Shown: positions 51,480 to 64,000 of the stretch, one piece after another
Numbering within the stretch: position 1 is the first letter of the stretch
How the letters are laid out: every line of letters begins with the position of its first letter
NCBI RefSeq assembly: GCF_006345805.1
Contig: NC_043020.1
Coordinates: 21,204,001 to 21,268,000, forward strand
Length of the DNA: 64,000 nucleotides
From: Octopus sinensis
Lineage: Eukaryota
Reading direction: 5' to 3'
Notes under the pieces: generated by a model
Seen by the model: the letters and a program-made list of their open reading frames with translations, nothing else
Told to the model about the DNA's origin: nothing
The model's database searches: none
Translations under genes and position numbers: made by a program

Positions 51480-52130
51480 TGGGTAAAAAATGACTGGGAA
51501 TGAGCTATTTGATGTTGCAATGGGGAGTATGATGGTAGAGATAATTGATTTTGTTGGCTTCTATATCCTAGATATCCTTAGGAAAGAAATAAAAGAAGCC
51601 AACCTAGTATAATATAGGGACGATGGCCTAGGAGTAGTATACAATAAAAATGGACATGATATGGATAAGAAAAAAATTATGCAAAATATTTAACTAATTA
51701 AATATAAGAACATCATCCAATCAAAAGATAACATCTTTAAACATTAGGGATGAAATATTCTCTCCTTACATGCATAAGCAATATAATAATAGCTGTCTGG
51801 AAAAAGAACTTTATACAAGACCAAAATCACAGACTCCAATGGAGTAAGAAAGACATATATCAGAATGACAGGCAACTCATTCAAGAAAAGACACGCACAG
51901 CATCTGGCATCATTCAGGGACCAAAAAAGAAAAGGACACATGGCATCTTTATTCAATATGATGTGGACATTGAAAAAAGGAGTAAGTAACCCCCAGATAA
52001 CGTGGAACATTATTACTGAAGCCAGAAAATATAGGGAACAGGGTACCAAATGTGAACTTTGCATTACTGAAAAGCTAAACATCATCCAATCAAAAGATAA
52101 CATCAAAAAATTTACCAAAAATTCCCTAGT
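51480..52130 (+). mobile_element. Rearranged PLE fragment, YRDD-type RT plus GIY-YIG remnant
   Basis: LFDVAMGS...FVGFYILD...YRDDGLGV; TGNSFKKRHAQH...WTLKK...ITWNII...CELCITEKLNII; 27-bp direct repeat at 51708 and 52079. Confidence 0.8.
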
Positions 52131-52715
52131 TTTAATCCAAAATGGAGATGAACATCAATTTTTCTATGTGATTGGCTTGAAGAACTGTTGAGATATTTTT
52201 TTAACATGAAAGCAATGGTAGCCTTAACACACAAATAATCTTTATCCACCAATGCAATGCTGAGTACTCATTCTCTTTGTTTGATATATATATATGCATA
52301 CATACATATAAAATACGTGTATGCTTCTTTATGTTGGTCAGCTAGCTTTGGCTTATTTATGTCTTCTTAACTTAGCAATTTAGCAAAAGGGGATTAAGAA
52401 CCAGACTTAAAATAATTACTGGGGTCAAGTTGTTCAACTAAACTCTTTATGGCAGTGCCCCAGTATGTCTATAGTTCCTTAACTAAAATAAGGTAAAGAA
52501 CATGTGTGCATGTATGTGTGTATAATGATTGTTTCTTATTTAGGCACAAGTCTAGCAATTTTTGAGAAGAGGGTGTTAGTCAATATTATACACACATACA
52601 TGCACACATTACTTGCCAAAGGAGAATAATCAAAGTGCTTTTGACAGGATTTGAATACAGAATATAAAATGCCAGAAAAAGAACTGCATCCAACTTTTAC
52701 TACATGTATTGGCCA

Positions 52716-53177
52716 AATTCTGCTTTAAGCACCCCATATAATGCCTCATAGCTTTTATTTTAGGGGAATTTTCAAAAACTTTTGGTGAATTTGTGTTCTA
52801 CACATGGGAATTCACACAATTATGCAAAAGTAAAAAAAAAAAAAACTTTTTTGTGTGATTTAAGAGCTATTTAGCTTTTATTTTTAGCACATCTCATGAC
52901 CACCTGATACCCTCATTTGTTTGTCAATCTGACATTTTTCAATATCTTTCTCTCCATAAACACAATAATCAATTAATGGGATGAAGCAAAAAATTTGGAT
53001 TGTCCATATTTTAGATTAGGTTTTTAACAAAAAATTTGTAAAATTAAAAAGAAAAAAAATTTTTTTTCATATTCGTATGAATACCCATGGGTAGAATACA
53101 AATTTGTAAAAATTTTCTGAAAATTCCAAAAAGTTAAAAAGTTATGAGGAGTTATATGGGGTGCTTAAAGCAAAATT
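52716..53177. mobile_element. MITE-like element with 23-bp TIRs
   Basis: AATT(C/T)TGCTTTAAGCACCCCATA at 52716-52738, inverted at 53155-53177. Confidence 0.7.
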
Positions 53178-53549
53178 CTATCCAAATATTAAATATTGCC
53201 ATAAATTGTTACACCAATAAATAATTACTAAAAACTAATAAGTCTTTGATGCAAATATTCTGCTTATTGAAAAGCAAACAACAAAACATCAACCTCTTTC
53301 TGCCTTGATTAACTTTGAGTGATGAGAAAAAAGTAGATCATTTGAATTTATATTCTCATTGCCAGAGGAACAATTTTGAACTTCTTTTTAGTGATTGAAT
53401 TGAAATTACTTATTGAAGTAAATATCTACTTAATGAACCACACACATTTTGACTTTGGAAATATGAGTCAAAATGTGTGCAAATAAACTTCATTTACATA
53501 TTGCTTTGTTTATGTAAGTTCTCTCTTTTGTACATTACATGTAAATCTT

Positions 53550-56500
53550 AATTCCAGCTTTTTTCTCAGCTCAACTGTACCTTGTTATTCATGCATGCTA
53601 ATATTACACATTCAATGGAGAATGCTTGCTTCATTTCTTTCAAGTCTTTACAAATCATCTGCATTCAGGGTACACATTTTAATACCTTAGAGCATACACA
53701 GACATCATATAATGTACCTGAGAAAGAACCATTTCTTTCAGAATTTTCAGGCCAATCATCTACAATGTTAATTTAGATAGCTTCTGCAACCTGATTAACA
53801 TTGGCATGTTCCTTCCAAGCATCAGATCAAATTTATAGTGTATATTCTATTAAATAATTCTGTGCATCTGTTCACTGGTATCCCTCCTGTGCATCCACAG
53901 TTTACACCTGGTACACCATACAAAATTTCTAATTGCTCTTTTTCTGGATACTGAGCATGGTCATTTTCCTCACGGTAACAGGGTAACACTTCATTTCTAA
54001 CTTGCTAAATTTACGTTGAGGCCTCTTAATTTTAGGTTTTGCATCTAGGTCTGCAATGTTGTTGCTAAACCTTCAACAGATTCAGTATATAAAATTTCCC
54101 ATGGGTAGCTAGTCTTAATTAAATTCCTCTGCTTTGACTTGGAATAGTAAAAGAGAGTCGAAAACTGTGCACTGACAGCCCCTTACCTACATCTCTGTAC
54201 ATGTTTTCAATAGCTCTCTCAAGCCATTCATCAACTCAAGATTCCATTATTAGCCATTGAACTATATGTAGAATGGGGAAACCCTGGTAAATGCTTGCTT
54301 TAGGTTGACAAATGCCAGATATGAAGGTTTGCACCTACTAAAGTACAACTTTTACAACTATCTTATGAAAAGTGGATCAATGGCATCTCTTTTTACCATA
54401 AGGCTGATTTGCAACTCATCCAAGTTAATTTTGTTCCTGATCAGTTTGTTCTATAACTCTTTTAGTAAAAATGGTTCATCAATTTGATCTTTCTGTAATT
54501 ACCTCATTCTAGTGCATTTCCTTTGCCCTAGTAGCAGTTGACAGTAATACTGTTTTGCCATTCACTGACACCTCCTTGATTATGTGAATGACTAACATGT
54601 GACTTTTGTTCTTAGAGAACATAACTCCCATTTATATATTCATTTCACTTGTGTGAGTGCTGCTTTCAACTTAAATGAATGATGCCTCTATTGGATCTAC
54701 ATGTGGTAAGCTTTCTCTCTCATATGTATTCTCCTCGTTCAACCTCCTATAATAGCACTTCCATGCATCTTCTATTTTAGCAGCAGTAAAAGCAAATGTA
54801 CCATTATCATTCTGAACATATTTACCTCAATGCCTACTTTCTTTTGCAACCTAGACTACTCCATGCTTCTGATTGTCATGATAGAGAATATGTGGAAACC
54901 TCAAACATTCAGTTCTTCCTTTGCTAAGTATATCTGATGTTTTGCTACTTGATGGTGCTGCCATTTTTCTTCCTGCCTGTCTAGGGGTTGTCTTTTAGCT
55001 TTAATAGTTTTATTTACAGTGCTATTTCACCACCATGTCACCTTCCATATGGTTGGAACTTTACAAACAGTTAGAGAGCTTGTAGATTGTCTATAAAAAA
55101 ATTTCCAGTTATTTTTATCTCTTCCTCTTTCTTGTCACATGTAATACTGGAGTAGCTATGTCCATATCTAGATGCAGCAACTGGTCAAATATAGGTCAGC
55201 CTGAATTGAAATTCTTTTTGGTCACAGGTACCCACTAATTTCAGTAAAATAAGTTTGCAAAATTTCAGTTACAGATCAAGAAAAAACACTCAATTAAGAT
55301 TGAGTATCACAAAAGAAAGTTCTACAGTGACAGGTAGAGAGACTGGGTTAGAAGTTTTGAAGTGCACATGACTCCATTATTGTTCTGAAAAGAAAGTTGT
55401 GGGGTTAAATCATTATTATTGTCAGTTAACATCTATTTTCCATGTTGGAATGAGTTGGATGTTTGACAGGATCCAGCAAGCTGCAGGGCCACACCAAATG
55501 TCACTGTCAGTTTTGACATGTGTTCTACAGTTACATGCCCTTCCTAATGCCAACCACTTTACAATGTGTACTGGGTGCTTTTTTCATATCACCAGTACTA
55601 GTGAGGTCACCAAGTAAGTTGCAAGATAGAAAAGAACAAGAAAGAGAAAAGCTCCCCATGACTAAGTGTGTCTGTGAGGGGGAGTATGAGGGAGAGAGGG
55701 TAACTTTAGGTCAAGTGCTGAGAAGCTAATAATTGATTGACAAGAACAGGTGTCATGCTACAGAGTAGATACATGTCTAAGCCACATTACAAGGGTTAGT
55801 AGTAGGGATTGGGAAGATGAAAATAAAGAAGAAAGATTGTAAAGACAGAGCAAATCTCAAGGTAGGTAGGAGGATAAGAGTCAGTTGATGAAGGGGAGGT
55901 GGTGAAGGGAGAGTAATTTCATAAGGAGAAAGTAACGGATGGTTAGAGGGGGATAAAAGAAGATGAAATGAATGATGTGCAAGAGCAGAGATGCAGTTGG
56001 TGGGAAATATCAGTGTAGAGAGGGGGGTGAGAGTAAGAGAGATAACAGTGACTCAGGAAGGAGGATAAATAAGGTAGGGAGATGATATGCAAAGTGTAGG
56101 AGCAATGGAGAGGGTAATATAAGGGTGTATATAGTGAATGTGGCATGATGGTGGATATGAGAGTGTATTGAGAATAACAGTAGATATGTACGGTAATAAG
56201 ATGGAAAGGAGAGGAAGGGAAAAAAGGTTCTAGAGGGAGATGAGACAGCTGGCAGTGCAAAATAAATATGTGCTGATTTTGCTCTCAAATGATTTCAGCT
56301 GCTGGATAATGGCTTAGTTGGAGTGATGAGGAGACAGGGTGTTAGAGGAATGAGGTGTAAGGTAATGCTTGACAGGGCAGGATGGGTTAGAAGAGTGATT
56401 TTCGGATGGTCATTTTTACTGTGATGGATGAGTCTCCTCAACAGTCCCTTTGTCACCTGCTCTGTGAGACTCAGTATGTTGAGGTCCTCCTTTCACTCTA

Positions 56501-56560
56501 ATGTCTTCCTATGTTTCCACTTCTTTATGCAGATATCCTCATCCATACACACCACACGAC
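53550..56560 (-). mobile_element. Old RTE-like LINE remnant(s)
   Basis: Decayed AFVNLKQAFTRVPHS (about 54300) and RGLNVNLA (about 54010); 3' UTR-like piece at 55400-55620. Boundaries are uncertain. Confidence 0.5.
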
Positions 56561-56879
56561 CAAATCAGATTCTGACCAAGTAAAGGAAAGTGAGAAAGAA
56601 TTCTACAAATAAACAAGTAAATATTAGAATTTCTTTTGGATGCTAAATTCATCATCATTCCTCCTGCACTACTGAGGTTGCCATGCAATTTGCAGTACTA
56701 TGGACCCTGGTGGAGGTGAGGGGTTAGCTTCATGCTAAGGGACAAGGGGATTAAACAATAAAAGGAGAGGTCAGAGTAAGTGCTTGATGAGGATGTGAAT
56801 GACTACTTGCACCTAGAAAGGGAATGGGGAGTGAGAGGAAGAGAAAATGGTCAGTAGCTGCTGCAAGAGATAGATTGCA

Positions 56880-57760
56880 ATTTTTGTACAAAGCTCACAT
56901 TCTATAAAATGTCAAAAATACACACTTGCTGGCCTGGAATCAATAAAGACATTGAAAGAAGATTAAAATACTATAACAATTGTATGGAAATGGGATGAAA
57001 TCTACTAGACAGATGTTGTATGCATGAAAGAAAGTTAGGAATAAATCTATTTAGATTTGGTAAATGGTACAAATGATATAATTTTCTAGAGAGAGAAGAG
57101 GTATACAGTAAATGGTCTATATTTGTGGAAATGGATCCATATTATTGCTTATAAATTCAATGAAATACTGATAAAAATTTTACAATTTTAGGTTTACCAA
57201 AAACAACTGTAAGCAATAACAGGCTCCAATTCAAACCAAGTGAATTTGAGAATTAGTACAAAGTCAGAAGCATGGAACATTTAACAAAGAGAACATTAGG
57301 AAATAATTCCTTTCACTTACATCTAATGGAGCATCTGAAAAAGTGGTTTAGATTTGCAAAGGAATTATGAAAAAAGGCTAAATCTGATGGGAAGGCAATA
57401 CCTGGAGCTTTAACTGAATTTCTAAAACATCAGTTAAGGATGGACCCATTTAGACCCATATGGTACTAAAGATATAATTTTCTAGAGAGAGTTAAAGTAT
57501 ACAGCAAATGTCTTATATTTGATGCAAACCTCAATAACCAGGACAGAGATGACACCAAAACAACAATTGGTTAAGCAATGAATACCCAGCAACCTGCCTT
57601 GAAAGAACAACAACAGCACACATAGTACTGTGTAGCATATAAAAAAAAACAACAAAGAATTAGAAAATTTATTTATTTACGACAGAAATAATATTTTTGT
57701 AACAATGAACCGCTTATAAATCCTATAATTATTTCTCTGAAATCCTTGAAGAACTTCCTG
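56880..57760 (+). mobile_element. Decayed Gypsy integrase remnant
   Basis: CWPGINKDIERR and SNGASEKVV..CKGIMKK resemble the integrase zinc-binding and core motifs. Confidence 0.55.
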
Positions 57761-57812
57761 TACAAGATGCGTTATTCATTCACAAAAGTCACTTTGTTTT
57801 CAAGGAACTTTC

Positions 57813-57818
57813 TTTATT
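57813..57818 (-). terminator. Candidate polyadenylation signal AATAAA of TRAPPC9
   Basis: AATAAA on minus about 87 nt after the TAA stop. Confidence 0.4.
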
Positions 57819-57904
57819 ATTTAGGGCTGCTGAGTGGCTTTTCTTTTTTGCTGGGTTGACTGGAAATGTTGCCAAGTAATGATTTACAATTGGTCAACAA
57901 TGTC

Positions 57905-58201
57905 TTACAAATGATGAGTTCTTGACTCGAGAACCTTAATCAGTACAATAGGAGTACACTTCCAAGATGTGCGTCCAAGGTTAACAGGTTCCCCCGCTGC
58001 AGCCTGACTGGTGCTGCCATCACCACCATAGCTATTGTCTTTCATTTTAGTCACTGGTGACAATGTTGTACATTTGGAGGCAGTTGTTCTGCTTGTTTTT
58101 GAAGGCTGCCGCTGGTAGGCACATTGGATATCAAATTTGTAAACCCCACTGTGGTAAAATAAGAGATGGCACTCATGGCTGATACTGTTACCTTGGGCCA
58201 G
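57905..58201 (-). CDS. TRAPPC9: TRAPPC9 (NIBP/Trs120) terminal coding exon
   Basis: Strong acceptor tttttttgtttccgtgtttag|C; 297 nt in frame to TAA. LAQGNSISHECHLLFYHSGVYKFDIQC and SWKCTPIVLIKVLES align with human [27 protein letters not shown] and SWFCLPSVHVCALEA (human sequence recalled from memory). Confidence 0.85.
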   Translation of the reverse strand: MAQGNSISHECHLLFYHSGVYKFDIQCAYQRQPSKTSRTTASKCTTLSPVTKMKDNSYGGDGSTSQAAAGEPVNLGRTSWKCTPIVLIKVLESRTHHL

Positions 58202-59746
58202 CTAAACACGGAAACAAAAAAAAATGTATTAAAACAAACATGCAAACAAATAAACTAATGAAATAAATCTGAAGAGAATGAAGTAGTAATATTATTTAAT
58301 TATCTTAAAATTGATATAATTAATTTCAAACATCCTCACATTGGGACAGGTATGTCCTTGTATGTTTTGCTAAGAAGTTTACTTTTCAACTATGTAGTTT
58401 CAGATTCAATTCCAACATGTGGCACCTTAGATCAGTGTCTTCTTCTATAGTGTCACACTGATCGAGGTTTTGAGTACAACTTGTAGTATGAAACTTTACA
58501 GCAGCCGTTGTGTGTGTGTGTGTTCACAATGACACTACTTGGACAATGCTGACATTATTTATGTCCAACATGATTGCAAAAATCCATCATCTCAATGATC
58601 ACTATGTGAAGACCTAGAATAAATGCATCTTACTTGAACAGCTGTAGAATATTGCCAGAAGAAGTCTTGTCCAGTTCATGCTGGCATGAGAGGATGATGA
58701 TGATGGTCATCATCATCACTTCTTCACATTATTCTTTACATCTGATCATCATCATTGATATTCTAAGAAAATCTTTTTACTTCTTTTAGTTCATTCTTGA
58801 GGTGATTAGATAGGATTACTTCATTTTGAAAACTAAAACAATAATTTATAGATATCTACTGATATAGCTGTGTGGTTAAGAAGTTAACTTTGTGACCACA
58901 AGGTCCTGAGTTTGATTCCACTGTTCATCACATTGGACTTCTACTATAGCCTTGAATTACCAATGCCTTTAGGGGAAAATGTGACAAAAGTCCATTGTTT
59001 GTATGTTTTTTTTTAATCGTTACACTAGTATTGCGTTCCTTAGTTCTGTAACTTAGTGGTTCAAGAAATAAAGATCAACTAAAATCTTTGAAGGTAGTGT
59101 CTCACCAGAGCCACAGATCAACCAGTGAAAGAAAATGTTTTAAATATCCACCTGAATGCCTAAGCAATGCACCAGGAGAACAATGACAGTTTCAGAGAAT
59201 GAATTGTAAGTGAATGTTAGTATTTAGTGTTGGAGTGTGAAGTTGGTATGATTGAGGGGTCTTCAGGATGGAAGAAATGAAATTTTCTGTGGTGACACCA
59301 ATTTTTCCCTGTGTTTTGGGTAAAGTATTACCAGGAGCAATAGATAGAGATGAGAAACAATAGATTCAACAGAAAGAAGTGAGGTGGAGCGGAAAGGATA
59401 AGGTAGCGGTGAGGTGACAACAGATAGATAGCAGGATCAATTGATAGACATGAGATAGAACAGATAAAGTGAGGGCTGACAGGGTTAAAAATTGAAGATC
59501 AAAGAGAATAGAGATAACAGAAAGCAATAGAGATAAGGTGGAACAGAGACAACAGAAGTAAGGGATAACAGACGTAATAGATAGAAGTGAGGAATAACAA
59601 ATGTAACAGATAAAGGTGTGGGCAAAAGAGACATTCATAGAAGTGAGGGACAACAGGAACAATAAAATGAAGTAAGGCAGAACTAATTGAAGTGTTGATG
59701 CAAGAAATTTGGACATTTGGGAAAGAAAAGGAAAACAGTTATGTAC

Positions 59747-59868
59747 CTTGTCAATCTTCAGTGATCTGATACCAATAATAGAACTTTGCTGCTCTGTACT
59801 ATACCATGAACTACCACAGCCAAGATCTTGATAACAACTGATATTTAGTTCAGCTTGGTAGGCATCCA
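59747..59868 (-). CDS. TRAPPC9: TRAPPC9 penultimate coding exon
   Basis: Acceptor gtgtttcag|TG and donor AAG|gtacat, phase 1-0; DAYQAELNISCYQDLGCGSSWYSTEQQSSIIGIRSLKIDK resembles human ALTVVPFQDHQNGVHNY...VSFVGSSTFYLDA and joins in frame to the terminal exon. Confidence 0.82.
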
Positions 59869-59882
59869 CTGAAACACAAACA

Positions 59883-59929
<47 letters not shown>

Positions 59930-60053
59930 CATACATAAAGATATTAGAAGAACAAAAGAATAAGAAATCATGTCCTGAACTTCATTAGCTTACAGCTGTT
60001 TCTGCTATAAGATGCGATAAAGTTGAATGTTTGTGTATCACTTTAGAACTTCA

Positions 60054-60099
60054 TCAGAGTTTCAAATACAAAATGCAATTTTCCTTATACACACACACA

Positions 60100-60139
<40 letters not shown>

Positions 60140-60480
60140 GAAAGCATAAATGTATGAAGGAAATGAATTCAGGATTTTGATGGGGACAGGCATCTCCCAG
60201 GCAATAATCTAATAGCTCTATGTTGGCAAGACTTGAAAAAATATAAAAGGAAGAAGTGAAAGGGGTACAGTGAAATTGCTGAGAGGAGTGGAATATCCAA
60301 CGTTTCAGATTCAATCCTTCATCAGGAGTAGAGAAAAATGCAGAGAGGATGTAAACTGTTTGATTTTTGTCTCTTTTTCTCTACTCCCTAACGAAGGATT
60401 GAATCTGAAATGTTGGATATTCTACTCCTCATGTCAAGTTCACTGTACCCCTTTCACTTTTTTCTCTCTATATATGTATA
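60054..60480. repeat. Diverged inverted duplication carrying two hammerhead-like motifs
   Basis: 60255-60335 is inverted against 60375-60455. The minus copy at 60294-60330 reads TACTC-CTGATGA-A-GGA-TTGAA-TCT-GAAA-CG-TT-GGATA; the plus copy at 60382-60419 is degenerate. Confidence 0.7.
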
Positions 60481-60549
60481 CCTATGTATGTATATAGGTA
60501 TGTATCTGTGTATGTTAGCATATTTATATGTTCCTGTGAATCTATTTGA

Positions 60550-60583
<34 letters not shown>

Positions 60584-60597
60584 CACTTGTTAAGGCT

Positions 60598-61075
60598 ATC
60601 TCTACAGGTTTTCTATAGAAATTATAGCCAGCACTGATTTATGCTATGATGTTTCATATCCGAGATGCCTGATGTAAACGACAATAAGATCAAAGATGAA
60701 AAATGGTTAATGGGTGTACATGCCATATTTCAGGAGTTTGTGCTCCTTCATCAACACCCATCCAACCCATTAATCATTTACACATTGCTTAGATAGCCAC
60801 AAGTCATTAGGAATGTGTTAAATATGTAAAATTGGTATATCCAAAACTGTTACACAACTATGTTTAGCAGCTATCTAAGCAATGTGTTTGTGGATGATTA
60901 CTGGGTTGAGTAGGTGCTGATGATGGAGCAAAAACTCCCGAAAAATGATATATATAACCATAACCCATTTTTCATCTTCAATCTCATTGTTATTTGCATC
61001 AGGCATCTCGAATATAAAACACTATAAGAAAATCAGCAATGGCTATAATTTCTATAGAAAATCCATAGAGATAAT
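60598..61075. mobile_element. Old foldback or MITE-like element
   Basis: Diverged inverted arms, e.g. TTTTCTATAGAAATTATAGCC near 60608 versus GGCTATAATTTCTATAGAAAA near 61042. Confidence 0.7.
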
Positions 61076-61149
61076 CTTAACAAGTGATGTAATAGCACTG
61101 CTAACACAGTAGAACACTAAAAAGTTTAATATACTTTGTAGTATATTAT

Positions 61150-61385
61150 GGTTGCATAATTATATACAGTGTCCCATTAATATATATAACCAATTGCCAT
61201 GCTTGATTGCTAAATCCATAAGTTTTTTATTCTCTCTGTTTATTTTCTCTTATTCCTTTATGCTGAAAAACATTGGCTTGAAACGTAGAAGACTTTCTCA
61301 CTTTCTTGAACATCAAGCTGCTTGTTGTTCATATACCCGTTTTTGTCTTTTGTTTTTCTGTAAATTTCAACTACATTATATATAT
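61150..61385 (+). mobile_element. Decayed PLE family-1-like tail with hammerhead relic (61255-61292), ending in (TA)n
   Basis: CCTTT-ATGCTGA-A-AAA-CATTGG-CTT-GAAA-CG-TA-GAAGA; downstream sequence resembles 39460-39565. Confidence 0.55.
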
Positions 61386-61390
61386 ATATA

Positions 61391-61750
61391 CTAGCACTAT
61401 GACCTGGCAACGCCGGGTCGTAGTGCTAGTGCATGCATATACAGCTGTGTGCGCACATACACGCGAGTACTGTCCAAATCTCTGACCAATCACATACAGC
61501 TAGCTGGCATTCAATTGGTGTATCAAGTTTCAGACATTTTTGATTGGGTTTTGGATAGAAAATTCACAAAAAAGTCACTTCTATTGATTTTTTAATGGCT
61601 TTGCGGGGTGACTGGGGGAAATGTAAAGATGTGCATGACCACCCTTGGACGGTTTTGAATGACCAGAGAAAGTGCGAGCCCTCTAACTGAAAAATTGTGC
61701 ATTTGTATAAAGGATACACACACACAGACATTTTGCCATTTATATATATA
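61391..61750 (-). mobile_element. Non-autonomous Helitron (different family), 5' TC not visible
   Basis: 3' CTAG|T with subterminal hairpin at 61391-61429. Confidence 0.7.
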
Positions 61751-62105
61751 CTAGCAGTATCGCCCGGCGTTGCTTGGGTTTGTTTCGACCCGCTGGAATT
61801 GTAATTTTGAAAAGTAAAAATTTTGTGAACATTTTTCTGGTCGAAATACACCGAAAAGTGGCGACACAGCAGTGAAAAAATCGTAAAAAATAGGGATTTT
61901 CATAGAAAAAAGCAGCTTTTTGATGTAAATAATTTTTGGTGTTAACATGGTCCGATTTGAATTTTATGTTCTACGGAAGGAAGAGCAACCCGTCTATCAT
62001 ACTCTCAATTTTGGTCAACTTGCGCCGCAGGGTCTCGGAGGAGATAGTGTTAGTTGAAGGTTACCAAACGTGGCACACACAGACAACTTCAGCTTTATAT
62101 AGAGA
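61751..62105 (-). mobile_element. Non-autonomous Helitron sharing termini with 48150-48775
   Basis: Same 3' end (plus strand CTAGCAGTATCGCCCGGCGTTGCT.GGGTTTG) and similar 5' end A|TC. Confidence 0.82.
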
Positions 62106-63281
62106 TAACACACACACATTAATACACATACATAGACACACACACACATGTATGTATGGATGTATATATGTACATCTGTCCACTTCTTGCAATATTTTTA
62201 TCCTTCACTTCCTACACACACACCTTATTAGCTTACAATTTCTTTCTGTCAACAATTGACAACAGAAGTACACTCGCCAATTAATACTACCAAAATTTAA
62301 CGACAGAAAGTAAATTAAAAACCAATTTACCTTTTCTGTATTGTTATGGCAATTCGACCGTCGGTGTGTTTTTGCAAATGTGTTCGAATGAGAAGTGAGT
62401 TGTGTTTGGCGCCTTTTTTACTAATAACAAACACACACGTGTTTGTATGTAGTTGTTTGAAACGTTTGTGTTTGTCACTGTCATATATGTATGTGTATGC
62501 GTGTGTGTGAGGAATGGCAAACCAGATAGATAGCGCGCGAATTTCTTTTGACGTTCGCGCTCCGCTTGTGTGTGTGTGTGCGTGCTTTAGGTGTACGTAG
62601 GTATGTGTACTCTCTGTCTCTTTACACACACTAACAAAAGCACTTCACTTACACACCACACTTTCTGTGTCGCACATCCCATCAAACACACACACACACA
62701 CACTCACGCACGCACACATGTACATCAATGCTTTCGGAGCGAAATGTTAAAATATACGAGTTTTCTCGAATTTTGTCTTAATTGGGGGTGAAATTGAAAG
62801 AAATTTTGTATGGCATGACCGAATGAAAGTACTTTGAAAAATCATAGGTAAACTCTAATTGAAGAAATTGTGTGAGGAGTAAATCGTTATGTATTTATTT
62901 GTTTCTGTTTGCTGTGTTTTTTTTTTTTAGTAGTGGTTTAAGGTACACTTGCAAAGAGAAAGTGGGAGAAATTAGGGTGATAGCGTGAGTGAAGCAGATC
63001 GCTCCGTTTTTGTGTGTGTGCGTGTGTGTGTGCTGTAGCCCACTAAGAAAAGCACTTCACTTACACACCACAATGTGAGTTTTCTCTAAATTTTGCTTAA
63101 TTGGGGTTGAAATTTTAAAAACCGGACCTGGCACGACCTGATGCATTCTACTCTTAAAAATGCTAGGTAAATTGTAATTGAAGAAATCCTATATTGTAGA
63201 TTTCTATAAGAGACAAAGGGAGGCAGATAAAATCTGCCTTTTATAATAAGAGATATATGAGAGAGAGAGCGGGGGGGGGGC

Positions 63282-64000
63282 ATGGCGGACAACAGCAAAA
63301 ACTTAGTCAAGACATTTATGCAGTTTGGTATAGAAGTTGAACTCTTGCCAGGCATTCATGGGGCTGCTGCCGATGTTGATGTGGAGCGCATTGAGGATGT
63401 AGAGCTGGGTGTGGATCCTGCGGCTGGGGATGTGGACAAAGTTGAGTACATCTCTGTTGATGCCGTCCTTGATAAGTTCAGCAGCTTGGGCCTCAACCTC
63501 ACATGAAGTGAGCAGCCCATACCTTGAACTTGGTAGCCAGCATGGATGCCAACAAGGCTCTTGACAGTGCTTCATTCAAGTCAGCCTAGAGGAAGGCCAT
63601 GCCTAAGGCACAGTGGATGTGCAATCTGCAGAGCCACAGCATGGTGGCAGCAATCAGCATTCTGGACACGTTGAAAAGGAGGTTGGTGGTCCTTAACAAT
63701 CTGCTGGAGAAGAATAGGGGAGCTGTGCACAGGGTGATGACACAGCTGATGTTGGCTTCCTGATGGAGTACACTCAGGTGATGTTTAATATTGCCAACAC
63801 CTTGGATAAAATCCAGTGGGAGGACCAGGCCTATCTCAGGAGCCTTCTGCCAACTGTAGCAGCTACTGTCATGAAGCTGAAGGAGGCCAAGTTCAAATAT
63901 TACCTGTACTGCAGTCCTCTGGTAGACGTAATACTGGTAGGCATCATGAAAAGGTTTGGGTTCCTCCTAGAAGACCCGGAGTGCCAGCTGGCTACTGCCT
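63282..64000 (+). mobile_element. hAT (Ac/Tol2-like) transposase C-terminal half, degenerate, runs off the window
   Basis: ADNSKNLVKTF (T-D-N-G-x-N motif), HTLELGS (CxxHxLNL region), LMEYTQVM...LDKIQ.E.QAYL..LLPTV...PLV...GIMKRF...D.E..LA. Confidence 0.85.

Noticed and set aside
59994-60040. Possible further TRAPPC9 exon (phase-compatible GTAAGC donor)
   Set aside because: Weak acceptor and no recognisable similarity to the expected upstream sequence.

Overview
AT-rich, microsatellite-dense eukaryotic DNA; the repeat repertoire suggests an octopod cephalopod (inference, not verified). Two host genes converge tail-to-tail. One is the last four coding exons of an SLC16/monocarboxylate-transporter-like MFS gene on + (14996-23165; its 5' exons were not found). 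The other is the last two coding exons of TRAPPC9 on - (59868-59747 and 58201-57905). The rest is layered mobile DNA: a Gypsy LTR element inside an R4/Dong LINE, RTE LINEs, hAT, mariner and Chapaev-like DNA transposons, non-autonomous Helitrons, MITE-like foldbacks, tRNA-SINEs and several Penelope-like element (PLE) families. The most notable hidden signal is about ten minimal type-I hammerhead ribozyme motifs. Those attached to a recognisable PLE lie in its 3' tail on its sense strand. They include an intact canonical copy, a U3:A8 compensatory-core variant, a U6 variant in two identical young copies, and a degenerate copy in a tRNA-headed SINE. All coordinates, alignments and folds were read by eye; no search or folding program was run.
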